64,000 nucleotides of DNA from Candidatus Onthoplasma sp. (lineage in GTDB: Bacteria; Bacillota; Clostridia; Christensenellales; UBA1242): NCBI GenBank assembly GCA_045578345.1, contig JAZNKB010000008.1:31839-95838 (forward strand), in the 5' to 3' direction. Below the pieces are notes generated by a model. The model worked only from the letters and a program-made list of their open reading frames with translations, ran no database searches and had not been told where the DNA came from. How positions within the stretch are numbered: the stretch's first letter is position 1; each line of letters opens with the position of its first letter. Positions 50,706 to 58,456 of this stretch are shown one piece after another. Position numbers and translations under genes: made by a program.

Positions 50706-51221
50706 TTATTCAAACCACTTTCTCACCATAATGGTGTTATTTCTGATTTCGACAACTTTGATTCGTGCACCAACATCAATATATGAAGAGATTGACACAA
50801 CGTCATATATTTTGCCTCTGATTTTTGCTTTGCCACCTAAATCAAGTTTACTGATTGTTTTTCCATTTCTTCCAACAAGACGTCTCAACTCCTTATCAGC
50901 TTTGTCGTAATCCTTCGAAAGGGTTGTCCTTCTTTCAAATAAGCCGGTTTTCCCAAGAATTCCGTATTGCGCGCCCCATATCATAAGCATAACAACAAGC
51001 ACCAAGAAACCTAAAACAATTAAAATCAGTGCCAAAGATTGACTTAAATTTAAGCCAAAGCAAATTCTAACAATTACTCCAGCAATGAGTGAACCAAAAC
51101 CTGAAATCCCAAAAAATCCAAACCCTGGAACGAAAATTTCAATAATCACAAGCACTATACCAAGAATAAGCAACAATGCCGGAACCCAATGCATTTCAGT
51201 AAAGATTTGAGCAAATTCCAT
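50706..51221 (-). CDS. nfeD: NfeD-family membrane protein
   Basis: Multi-TM N-terminal region plus a C-terminal OB-like domain (GKAKIRGKIYDVVS). Sits upstream of floA. Confidence 0.8.
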   Translation of the reverse strand: MEFAQIFTEMHWVPALLLILGIVLVIIEIFVPGFGFFGISGFGSLIAGVIVRICFGLNLSQSLALILIVLGFLVLVVMLMIWGAQYGILGKTGLFERRTTLSKDYDKADKELRRLVGRNGKTISKLDLGGKAKIRGKIYDVVSISSYIDVGARIKVVEIRNNTIMVRKWFE

Positions 51222-51323
51222 GTCAATTTCTCCTTTGTTTGATATGAGTATATCATAGAATTTCAATTTGTCAAGAGTGGTTTTTCAAATAGATATGAAA
51301 AAACTTTCATATACTGAAAGTCT

Positions 51324-52157
51324 TTACTTAATATTGTTATCTCTAAAATAATAGAAAAAGTATTGTTGAGCATACCCAGACAAATTTCCATAACGCGCAG
51401 TTAATAGCTTTGTAATTTTCTTTCTATCCGTTTCAAACGTGTTAGTTAATTTATTGTAAACTTTGTTTATCCATGTATCAACTGGGAAAACATTTTTAAC
51501 ACCAAGTCCAAAGAGCATTATACAATTTGCAACTTTCTCACCAATTCCTTTAAGAGAAACTAAAAATTTAAATTGCTCTTCTTGTGGCATTGTTTTTAAA
51601 TTGTTAATATCTTGCTCGCTCAAAAATTGAATTGTTTCCGCCATTTGTTCTGCCCTATAACCCAAGCCTGCAAGCTTAAAATCTTCAATCGTTGCCTTTT
51701 TCAATTGGTTTAAGGTTGGAAAAGCAAAATAGTCACCTTTGTTATCACCAAACTTTTCGCACAACCATTCAATTGATTTCTTTATTCGTTTTATGTTATT
51801 GTTTGCAGAAATTATAAAACTAACAATCATTTCATACGCATCATTGTTTAAGATCCTTATTCCTTTTCCATAGTCCACAGCTGAAGACAAGAATTCATTT
51901 TGCTTAAGTTCTGTTTTTATTTTAGAATAATCTGTTTTTAAGTCAAAGAAATTTTCAAAGTAATCAACATCATTGGTTTTTATCACAACTCTATCTTGTT
52001 CTGTCTTTAAAATTGCTTGCTTATCAATTGAATGAACAACTGCAACATCCCCATCCATTGTGTAACGAAAGATTTGACCACAATCTAAAATCTGTTTTGC
52101 ATTGAAATCTTCCAAATTTATTATTACTATATTATCCTTATTCTTGATATAATCCAT
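51324..52157 (-). CDS. ogg: 8-oxoguanine DNA glycosylase (Ogg, HhH-GPD family)
   Basis: N-terminal DCGQIFRY, HhH motif LKGIGEKVANCIMLFGLG, and FPVDTWI. Confidence 0.8.
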   Translation of the reverse strand: MDYIKNKDNIVIINLEDFNAKQILDCGQIFRYTMDGDVAVVHSIDKQAILKTEQDRVVIKTNDVDYFENFFDLKTDYSKIKTELKQNEFLSSAVDYGKGIRILNNDAYEMIVSFIISANNNIKRIKKSIEWLCEKFGDNKGDYFAFPTLNQLKKATIEDFKLAGLGYRAEQMAETIQFLSEQDINNLKTMPQEEQFKFLVSLKGIGEKVANCIMLFGLGVKNVFPVDTWINKVYNKLTNTFETDRKKITKLLTARYGNLSGYAQQYFFYYFRDNNIK

Positions 52158-52693
52158 TAATCCTTCTTTTCCATTTTATACACAGCAACTGTGCCATATT
52201 TTTTCTTTTTAACTTCAAAATTATTAAAATTAAATTCAAACTCTTTTTCTTCGCTGGTTTCAAAGATAATTATTGCCTTTTCATTAAGCAAATCTTTTTC
52301 AATTAAGGTTTTTATTGCATCAATACCAAATTCAGTTTTATAAGGTGGATCAAGCAACACAACATCAAACTTGGCTGTTGTTGAATTCAAAAATTCAAGA
52401 TAATCCTTATTTTCAACAACAAAGTCTCCCTCAATTCCTTTCAAGTTATCTTTGATTATATTAATTGCTTCTTTGTTCGAATCAATTAAATAAGTTTTCT
52501 TTGCACCCCTTGAAATCGCTTCAATACCAAGCGCACCAGTTCCAGAAAAAAGATCTAACACAACAGCATCTACAATTTCAAACTGAATAAGATTGAAGAT
52601 AGATTCTTTAACCCTATCAATTGTGGGTCTTGTTGAAATTAAATCAAACTCTTTTAATTTTTTACCTCTATACTTTCCTGCTATTATTCTCAT
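52157..52693 (-). CDS. rsmD: 16S rRNA (guanine966-N2)-methyltransferase RsmD
   Basis: RIIAGKYRGKKL, LDLFSGTGALGIEAISRGA and DPPY motifs. Confidence 0.9.
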   Translation of the reverse strand: MRIIAGKYRGKKLKEFDLISTRPTIDRVKESIFNLIQFEIVDAVVLDLFSGTGALGIEAISRGAKKTYLIDSNKEAINIIKDNLKGIEGDFVVENKDYLEFLNSTTAKFDVVLLDPPYKTEFGIDAIKTLIEKDLLNEKAIIIFETSEEKEFEFNFNNFEVKKKKYGTVAVYKMEKKD

Positions 52694-52814
52694 ATTTATA
52701 TCATAAATGAAATAAAAAAAAATTGCAAGTGTTGATTATTAAATCCCTTTTCAATTTTTTTTATTATTATATTCAGTTTTTCATTAAGCATAAAAAAAGT
52801 TTGATACTCAAACT

Positions 52815-53012
52815 TTAATCATTTCTTTTTTCTTCAGATTTTTCTTCTACATTATGTTCAACAGAGCTTTCTTGAGATTGATTTTGTTCCACATAATTTT
52901 TTATGATTTCCCTATCTTTTTTATCCATCTTAATAAAAATAACTGCGCAAGCAACTATTCCTGCAATTAAAGCAAATATAACAAAATACCATGAGGTAAA
53001 CACAAAAGTCAT
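52815..53012 (-). CDS. small single-pass membrane protein with an acidic tail (65 aa)
   Basis: AAGGAG RBS, an N-terminal TM helix, an E/S-rich C-terminus, and a flanking terminator. Confidence 0.55.
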   Translation of the reverse strand: MTFVFTSWYFVIFALIAGIVACAVIFIKMDKKDREIIKNYVEQNQSQESSVEHNVEEKSEEKRND

Positions 53013-53175
53013 TTTTTTCTCCTTTAATGTTAATCTAATACAACTTTATTGTAACAAAAAAAATCAAGAAAGTCTACTTTTTTACAAGAAAAAAAGTTCT
53101 TTTTCAAGAACTTTTTTAATTACATTCACCAACAAAACATATTTTCATTAGAAAATTGTTGTCTTAAATCCAACT

Positions 53176-54156
53176 TTACTTCTTTGTTGTCTTTTTTGCT
53201 GGAGCTTTTGCTGCTGGCTTTGTTGCTTTTTTAGCCGGAGTTTTTACAACTGATTTCTTTTCAACAGGTTTTACTTCCTTTTTAGCTTCAACTTTCTTAG
53301 CTGGAGCAGCTTTTGCTTCAACTTTTTTTGCTGGAGCTTTTACTGCTGGCTTTGTTGCTTTTTTGACAGGAGTTTTTACAACTGATTTCTTTTCAACAGG
53401 TTTTACTTCCTTTTTAGCTTCAACTTTCTTAGCTGGAGCAACTTTTACGTCAACTTTTTTGGCTGGAGCTTTTGCTGCTGGCTTTGTTGCTTTTTTAGCC
53501 GGAGTTTTTACTTCTGCTTTCTTTTCAACTTTTGATTCAGCAGGAACAACTCTTGTTGCCTTAACAACTGGTTTTGGAGCCTCAACCTTTTTGGCTGGAG
53601 CTTTCTTTTCTGCGACTGCAGGTTTAACTTCTGCCTTTACTGGTTGAGCTTTTTTCTCTTCAACTTTTTTTGTTGCAACCTTCTTTGCAGGAACTTTCTT
53701 TTGAGCAGGTTTAGTTTGTTCAGTTTTCTTTTCAACTGGTTTTACAACTTCTGCTTTCTTTTCAACTTTCGCTTCAGCTTTTTTAACTGGAGCTTTAACT
53801 GCTGATTTTGTTTCCTTTTTAACTTCAGTTTTCTTTTCAACTGGTTTTGTTAAAGTGCTTTCCTTTGCAACTTTTTTTGCTGCTGTTTTTGTTACAACAG
53901 CTTTGGTTTTTGGTTTTGAAGGCTTGTTTTCAACAACAACTGAATTATTTTCAACTGCTGGAGTTTTTGCTTCTTCTTGCTTTTGTTCAACTTTCTCAAT
54001 AGGTTGTTCATTTTCAACAATAAGAACCTTTTCTTGGAAGTCTTTTTTGATTCGTTTATCCTTATAGTTTAAAATAACAAGAACAACAGATAAAGCAACA
54101 ACAAGTGAGAGCAAAATAACAAGCATCCACCAATAGTTATTTGTGAACCATTCCAT
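53176..54156 (-). CDS. membrane-anchored Lys/Ala/Pro/Val-rich repeat protein (histone-H1-like composition)
   Basis: N-terminal TM helix (WWMLVILLSLVVALSVVLVIL), followed by about 280 aa of AKK/PAKK/VEKK repeats. Confidence 0.7.
   Translation of the reverse strand: MEWFTNNYWWMLVILLSLVVALSVVLVILNYKDKRIKKDFQEKVLIVENEQPIEKVEQKQEEAKTPAVENNSVVVENKPSKPKTKAVVTKTAAKKVAKESTLTKPVEKKTEVKKETKSAVKAPVKKAEAKVEKKAEVVKPVEKKTEQTKPAQKKVPAKKVATKKVEEKKAQPVKAEVKPAVAEKKAPAKKVEAPKPVVKATRVVPAESKVEKKAEVKTPAKKATKPAAKAPAKKVDVKVAPAKKVEAKKEVKPVEKKSVVKTPVKKATKPAVKAPAKKVEAKAAPAKKVEAKKEVKPVEKKSVVKTPAKKATKPAAKAPAKKTTKK
53198..53515 (-). repeat. 132-bp (44-aa) tandem repeat, about 2.4 copies, inside the K/A/P-rich CDS
   Basis: Units start at 53198, 53330 and 53462, with only a few substitutions. 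Confidence 0.9.
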
Positions 54157-54300
54157 ATAAATTTACCCCTTTTTTATTTTTGATACAAATATCATAGCAC
54201 TAAAAATTTTAAATTCCAAATGTTTTTTAAAACTTTTTTCAAAATATGACAATTTTTTTAAATTTTATTTTTGATAAATTACTTAACACTTAACAAACTA

Positions 54301-54335
54301 AAAAAAAGCCACTCATTTCGAGTGACCTTTTTAAG
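54301..54335 (-). terminator. terminator after rplL
   Basis: Minus-strand stem gtcactc/gagtggc (one mismatch) followed by U8. Confidence 0.65.
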
Positions 54336-54344
54336 CATAAAGAA

Positions 54345-54719
54345 TTATTTAAGTTCAACTTTTGCACCAGCCGCTTCCAAAGCTGCTTTAAGAGCATTAG
54401 CTTCTTCTGCTGGAACATTTTCTTTAACAGTTGCAGGAGCGCCTTCAACCATAGCTTTAGCTTCCATTAAGCCAAGACCAGTAGCTTCACGAACTGCCTT
54501 GATAACTGCAATTTTGTTTGCGCCACATTCAGCAAGCACAACATTAAATTCTGTTTTTTCTTCTGCTGCTGCAGCTGCTTCACCTGCAACTGCTGGGCCA
54601 GCAACCATAGCTGCTGCAGCACTAACACCAAATTCTTCTTCAATTGCTTTAACTGTTTCATTAAGTTCAACAACTGACATAGATTTAATTAATTCAATAA
54701 TTTGATCTTTCTTTTCCAT
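54345..54719 (-). CDS. rplL: 50S ribosomal protein L7/L12
   Basis: Ala-rich hinge and a C-terminal domain [24 protein letters not shown]. Confidence 0.97.
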   Translation of the reverse strand: MEKKDQIIELIKSMSVVELNETVKAIEEEFGVSAAAAMVAGPAVAGEAAAAAEEKTEFNVVLAECGANKIAVIKAVREATGLGLMEAKAMVEGAPATVKENVPAEEANALKAALEAAGAKVELK

Positions 54720-54783
54720 TTTTATTTCTCCTTATATATTTTTTGTGCTTAAGCACATAGCCTAATTTTAAACCAAAAGTGGT

Positions 54784-55269
54784 TTATTCTTTTTCTGCGA
54801 TTGCTTTGATTGCACGTGCAAGGCCAGATACAGGTGCATTGAGGACAAATAGCAATTGTGCCATAAGTTGCTCTCTTCCTGGGATTGAAGCAAGAGCCAT
54901 AACTTCTTTTTCATCAATAGCTTTGTTGTTATACAAACCAGCTTTAATTGAAAGAGCAGAATAGTCTTTAGTTGCTTTCTTAACCATTCTTGGAGCAGCT
55001 GTTTCGTCTTCACCACTGAAAGCAAAAGCTGTTGTTCCGTTTAAAGATTCTTCCAAACCAGCGATTCCAAGTTGTTCACAAGCCTTATTAAATAATGTGT
55101 TTTTAATAACCTTGTAAGTTACATTGTTTTCACGCATAGTTTTACGAAGAGCTGTGTCGTCACTAACAGTGATGCCTTTGTAGTCTACCAAAACGATAGA
55201 TTTAGAAGATGAGATTAAGTTTTTAATTTCCTCGACCGCAGTCTTTTTAGCTTCTAAATTTGCTGACAC
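54784..55269 (-). CDS. rplJ: 50S ribosomal protein L10
   Basis: 161 aa with L10-like sequence upstream of rplL. GTG start with a GGAGG RBS. Confidence 0.93.
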   Translation of the reverse strand: MSANLEAKKTAVEEIKNLISSSKSIVLVDYKGITVSDDTALRKTMRENNVTYKVIKNTLFNKACEQLGIAGLEESLNGTTAFAFSGEDETAAPRMVKKATKDYSALSIKAGLYNNKAIDEKEVMALASIPGREQLMAQLLFVLNAPVSGLARAIKAIAEKE

Positions 55270-55559
55270 TTTAAATCCTCCTTTATGCCTTTAGAAAAAC
55301 AAAAATTCCTTTTGCCCAAGACAAAAGGAATACAATTACAAAGTTTAATCGACATTCTTTTTCATCTCCTCGATAAGCTACTCGAAACATGTCCGTTGTT
55401 ATCATTTTGCTAATCGCAAAATTTCTTTATTGGACAATTTCTCGTTTTACCCCATTTCAACATTTGTCTCATGGGGACCCCAGAAATGTCCTTCAGACCT
55501 TTGAGTAATTACGCTTAACAGCACTTATTGTCTTTGGCGCGAAAATTTCTATTAATCTG
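55270..55559 (-). ncRNA. rplJ 5' leader (candidate L10-leader cis-regulatory RNA) with a terminator-type attenuator at 55294-55331
   Basis: About 290-nt untranslated leader downstream of a consensus promoter. Hairpin attccttttg/caaaaggaat plus a U-tract lies about 25 nt before the RBS. Confidence 0.55.
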
Positions 55560-55565
55560 AAACCT

Positions 55566-55593
55566 ATTATACTCAAAAAAATTTGTTTGTCAA
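55566..55593 (-). promoter_or_regulatory. sigmaA-type promoter (TTGACA-16-TATAAT) of rplJL
   Basis: Read on the minus strand. Confidence 0.6.
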
Positions 55594-55651
55594 CACTTTT
55601 TCAAAAGTTTGTAAGAAATTTTAATTACAATTGTAGTCACGATACCAAGGT

Positions 55652-56080
55652 TTATTCTCTTCCAAGCAAATAATCCACAGTCACATTGAAATAGTCCGCA
55701 AGCTTGATTAGGGTTTCTGGCGATGGTACAACGTTTTTATTAAACCATCTATCAAAAGCACTTGAAGAACAAATACGGTCTTTCTTCACCATTTGATATT
55801 GAGTTTTACTTCTTAAATCCATTAAAAACTTAACTCTATTTGCAAACTTATCAACGACTTTAACTCTTCCCTTACCCATATCTTCCGTTCTATTTAGCAT
55901 ATATTCAACAGAACAATCAAAGTATTCACACATCTTTACAACATATTCTGTCGACGGATAGTGTTTAGAAATTTTCCAAGCATGAACCATACTACTATCC
56001 AAATTTAAAAATATAGCTAAATCTTTTATATTTGTTTCCTCATCTTTTAGAAACTCAACAATTCTTTTATCACTAACCAT
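55652..56080 (-). CDS. transcriptional regulator with two tandem XRE-type HTH domains
   Basis: Two HTH_3-like units, each ending in (Y/F)xxSVEYML or VTVDYLLGRE. Confidence 0.75.
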   Translation of the reverse strand: MVSDKRIVEFLKDEETNIKDLAIFLNLDSSMVHAWKISKHYPSTEYVVKMCEYFDCSVEYMLNRTEDMGKGRVKVVDKFANRVKFLMDLRSKTQYQMVKKDRICSSSAFDRWFNKNVVPSPETLIKLADYFNVTVDYLLGRE

Positions 56081-56092
56081 ATAATGATTATG

Positions 56093-56174
56093 TTCTCAAA
56101 ACCTCAAAAATATAATATTAGGATATTTTGAGAATATCTTTTAAAATTGCTTGACAATGAGATTTTGAGAATAT
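56093..56174. promoter_or_regulatory. operator-like repeats in the divergent intergenic region
   Basis: ATTTTGAGAATAT occurs at 56125-56137 and 56162-56174, with an inverted partial copy TTCTCAAAA at 56093-56101. The second copy lies in the spacer of TTGACA(56151)-17-TATTAT. Confidence 0.55.
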
Positions 56175-56196
56175 ATTATCATTGTAGGAGATTAAT

Positions 56197-56490
56197 ATGA
56201 ACAATGAGTCTTTATTTTTTGCCCAAAAATTAATTAAAAGCGAAAATCATAGGAAAATTTTGGAAACAAAATCCGTTGTTAGTGTTGAAATTAATTTTGC
56301 TTATACTAATCTGATTGAAAATCTACCCTTTGATTTATATGATTCATTTTATGATTATTGCGACTTATTAATTAAACATATTTCAGAAATTAATAAAGAA
56401 AAAAGCAATATGATGTGCCAAGAAGCTTTTAAAAACGGAATTGAATTTGAAAGATATTTAAAATATAAACATGAAAAAATCGAGCAATAA
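56197..56490 (+). CDS. hypothetical protein (97 aa)
   Basis: AGGAG RBS, its own promoter, and a terminator atcgagc/gctcgat at 56470-56503. Confidence 0.5.
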   Translation: MNNESLFFAQKLIKSENHRKILETKSVVSVEINFAYTNLIENLPFDLYDSFYDYCDLLIKHISEINKEKSNMMCQEAFKNGIEFERYLKYKHEKIEQ

Positions 56491-56513
56491 CGCTCGATTT
56501 TTTATTATTTAGG

Positions 56514-56655
56514 GGATCCATTCGACTTCGCTAGCGCTCTGCTCAGAATGACACCATGATTACTATTGTAATCATGGTAATAAAATCATCCACAATTCTT
56601 CACTCTTCATTTCTTTTTGTCATGTTGAGCCTGCCGAAACATCCCATTATCAGAA
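56514..56655. repeat. composite copy of the dispersed repeat family
   Basis: Reverse arm at 56514-56552, an 11-bp hairpin accatgattac/gtaatcatggt at 56553-56578, and a forward arm at 56619-56655. Confidence 0.8.
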
Positions 56656-56887
56656 CGCGATACTTCATGCAATGTTTTAAATCATCCGCTTTTTCCTAAG
56701 GCGAAGGTAATTGCTTTTTTGAACTTTACATAGCACTTAAAACACGTAACAACTCAAGCATTCTTAAATAATAATCCGCTTTTTCTTAAAACGAGAAGCT
56801 TTCGCCCGAACGACTTTTGATTTAATGATCACTCTTGTTAACGTGGTCAGAAAATCAACTAAGTGAAGATGAAAGTTTCGAGTTTCC

Positions 56888-58366
56888 TTATAATAATATG
56901 CACAAAATTCCGCCTTTTCCTTCGTTGACAATTCTTCCAACAGTTTTACGTAGTTTGTTTTGAAGATTTGTTGGCATTGCGTTAAGTTTGCTATTAATTC
57001 CTTCGTTTACTAAACTTTCAAGCGATTTTCCAAACATATTTGTTTGCCAAATTCCTTGTGGGTTATTTTCAAATTCTTGAAGAAGATATTTTGCCAAATC
57101 TTCACTTTGTTCATATCCTCCCATGATTGGACTAACTTCAGTTTCAACATTAACTTTCATAATATGTAAACTTGGTGCATTAGCCTTAAGTTTAACTCCG
57201 CAACGGCCACCAGCTCTCACAATTTCTGGTTCTTTAAGTTCCATTTCATCCATAGTTGGAACAACAATTCCATAACCATTTTCTTCAACGTTATCTAAAG
57301 CCTCACGGATTTTATCATATTTCTTTTTGGCATATGTTAATTCTTTCAAACAGTTAACAAGTTCAAAATCGTCATGGATGTCTGTTCCGCATTGTTCACT
57401 AAGCACATTATAAAACAAACCATCTTTTGGAACAACTTCGAAAGTTATTTCACCTGTACCCATTTCAATGTTACTGTTTAAAATTGGTTCAAAACAAGTT
57501 GAATTTTCAAACAAGATTTTGTTTGCATTATATTCTCCAATTCTATCCACACCACTTAACGCACCATTCACTTCATCCAAAATTTCTTTGATTGTTGGAT
57601 TGTCACTTGGAAGAGGTTTTAACCACTTTGGCATTTTTATGTTAACCACTTCAATTGGGAATTCTTTTAAAATTTCAGTCATAATATTATCCACATCTTC
57701 CTTTTTTAATTCGTTCACGTTCATTCTGATAACTGGTGTTTGATATTCATTTTGCATTGTTTCAGCTAGTTTCTTTGTTGATTCATCTTCAGGGTTTGCG
57801 GTGTTTAATACAACCACAAATGGTTTATTTGCTTCTTTTAATTGTTTTATTGTTCTCTTTTCAGCGTCAACAAAATTTTGTCGTGCAATTTCACCAAAAC
57901 TACCATCAGTTGTAACCGCCACCGCAATTGTTGAATGATCTTTAATGACCTTTTCAGTTCCAATTACCGCTGCTTGAACAAACGGAATTTCTTTTTCGCT
58001 CCAAGGTGTTTTAACAAGACGTGGTTTGCCTTTATCCATTGCACCTTCTGCTCCATCAACCATAAAACCTACACAATCAATTAGTCGAACAGACATTGCA
58101 GTATTATTGATTTTAACCTTAACTGCCTCACTTGGAACAAATTGGGGCTTTGTTGTCATCACAATGTTTCCCGCACTTGCTTGCGGAAGTTCATCGTTAG
58201 CTCTTAGTTTATCATGCTTGTTTGTTATATTTTCAAGCACAAAGTTTTTCATGAAATTCTGTATGAATGTTGATTTACCACATCTAACCGGACCAACCAC
58301 ACCAATGTAAACGTCACCATTTGTTCGACGCGCAATGTCTGTGTAGATGCTTGAATTTTTCTCCAT
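56888..58366 (-). CDS. spoIVA: stage IV sporulation protein A (spore-coat basement-layer ATPase)
   Basis: N-terminal VYIGVVGPVRCGKSTFI Walker A, size about 490 aa, and the characteristic C-terminus GKGGILCILL. Confidence 0.93.
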   Translation of the reverse strand: MEKNSSIYTDIARRTNGDVYIGVVGPVRCGKSTFIQNFMKNFVLENITNKHDKLRANDELPQASAGNIVMTTKPQFVPSEAVKVKINNTAMSVRLIDCVGFMVDGAEGAMDKGKPRLVKTPWSEKEIPFVQAAVIGTEKVIKDHSTIAVAVTTDGSFGEIARQNFVDAEKRTIKQLKEANKPFVVVLNTANPEDESTKKLAETMQNEYQTPVIRMNVNELKKEDVDNIMTEILKEFPIEVVNIKMPKWLKPLPSDNPTIKEILDEVNGALSGVDRIGEYNANKILFENSTCFEPILNSNIEMGTGEITFEVVPKDGLFYNVLSEQCGTDIHDDFELVNCLKELTYAKKKYDKIREALDNVEENGYGIVVPTMDEMELKEPEIVRAGGRCGVKLKANAPSLHIMKVNVETEVSPIMGGYEQSEDLAKYLLQEFENNPQGIWQTNMFGKSLESLVNEGINSKLNAMPTNLQNKLRKTVGRIVNEGKGGILCILL

Positions 58367-58386
58367 TTCTTCCTCCAATTTATCAT

Positions 58387-58415
58387 AACTTATGTGCACA
58401 AACATCCATTTATGA
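58387..58415 (-). promoter_or_regulatory. candidate sigmaE-type promoter of spoIVA (TCATAAA-14-CATAAGTT)
   Basis: Compared with the remembered Bacillus sigmaE consensus TCATATT-14-CATACAnT. Lies about 20 nt upstream of the ATG. Confidence 0.4.
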
Positions 58416-58427
58416 CAAAGACATAAA

Positions 58428-58456
58428 AAAAGCGAACTAAATTCGCTATTTTAAAT
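58428..58456 (-). terminator. rho-independent terminator
   Basis: Minus-strand stem agcgaa/ttcgct followed by a U-run. Confidence 0.7.

Noticed and set aside
53363-54705. Plus-strand ORFs antisense to the K/A/P-rich gene and to rplL (53363-53647, 53855-54067, 54271-54705).
   Set aside because: They mirror the low-complexity Ala/Lys codon runs on the opposite strand. They have no RBS, and the sense-strand genes are unambiguous.
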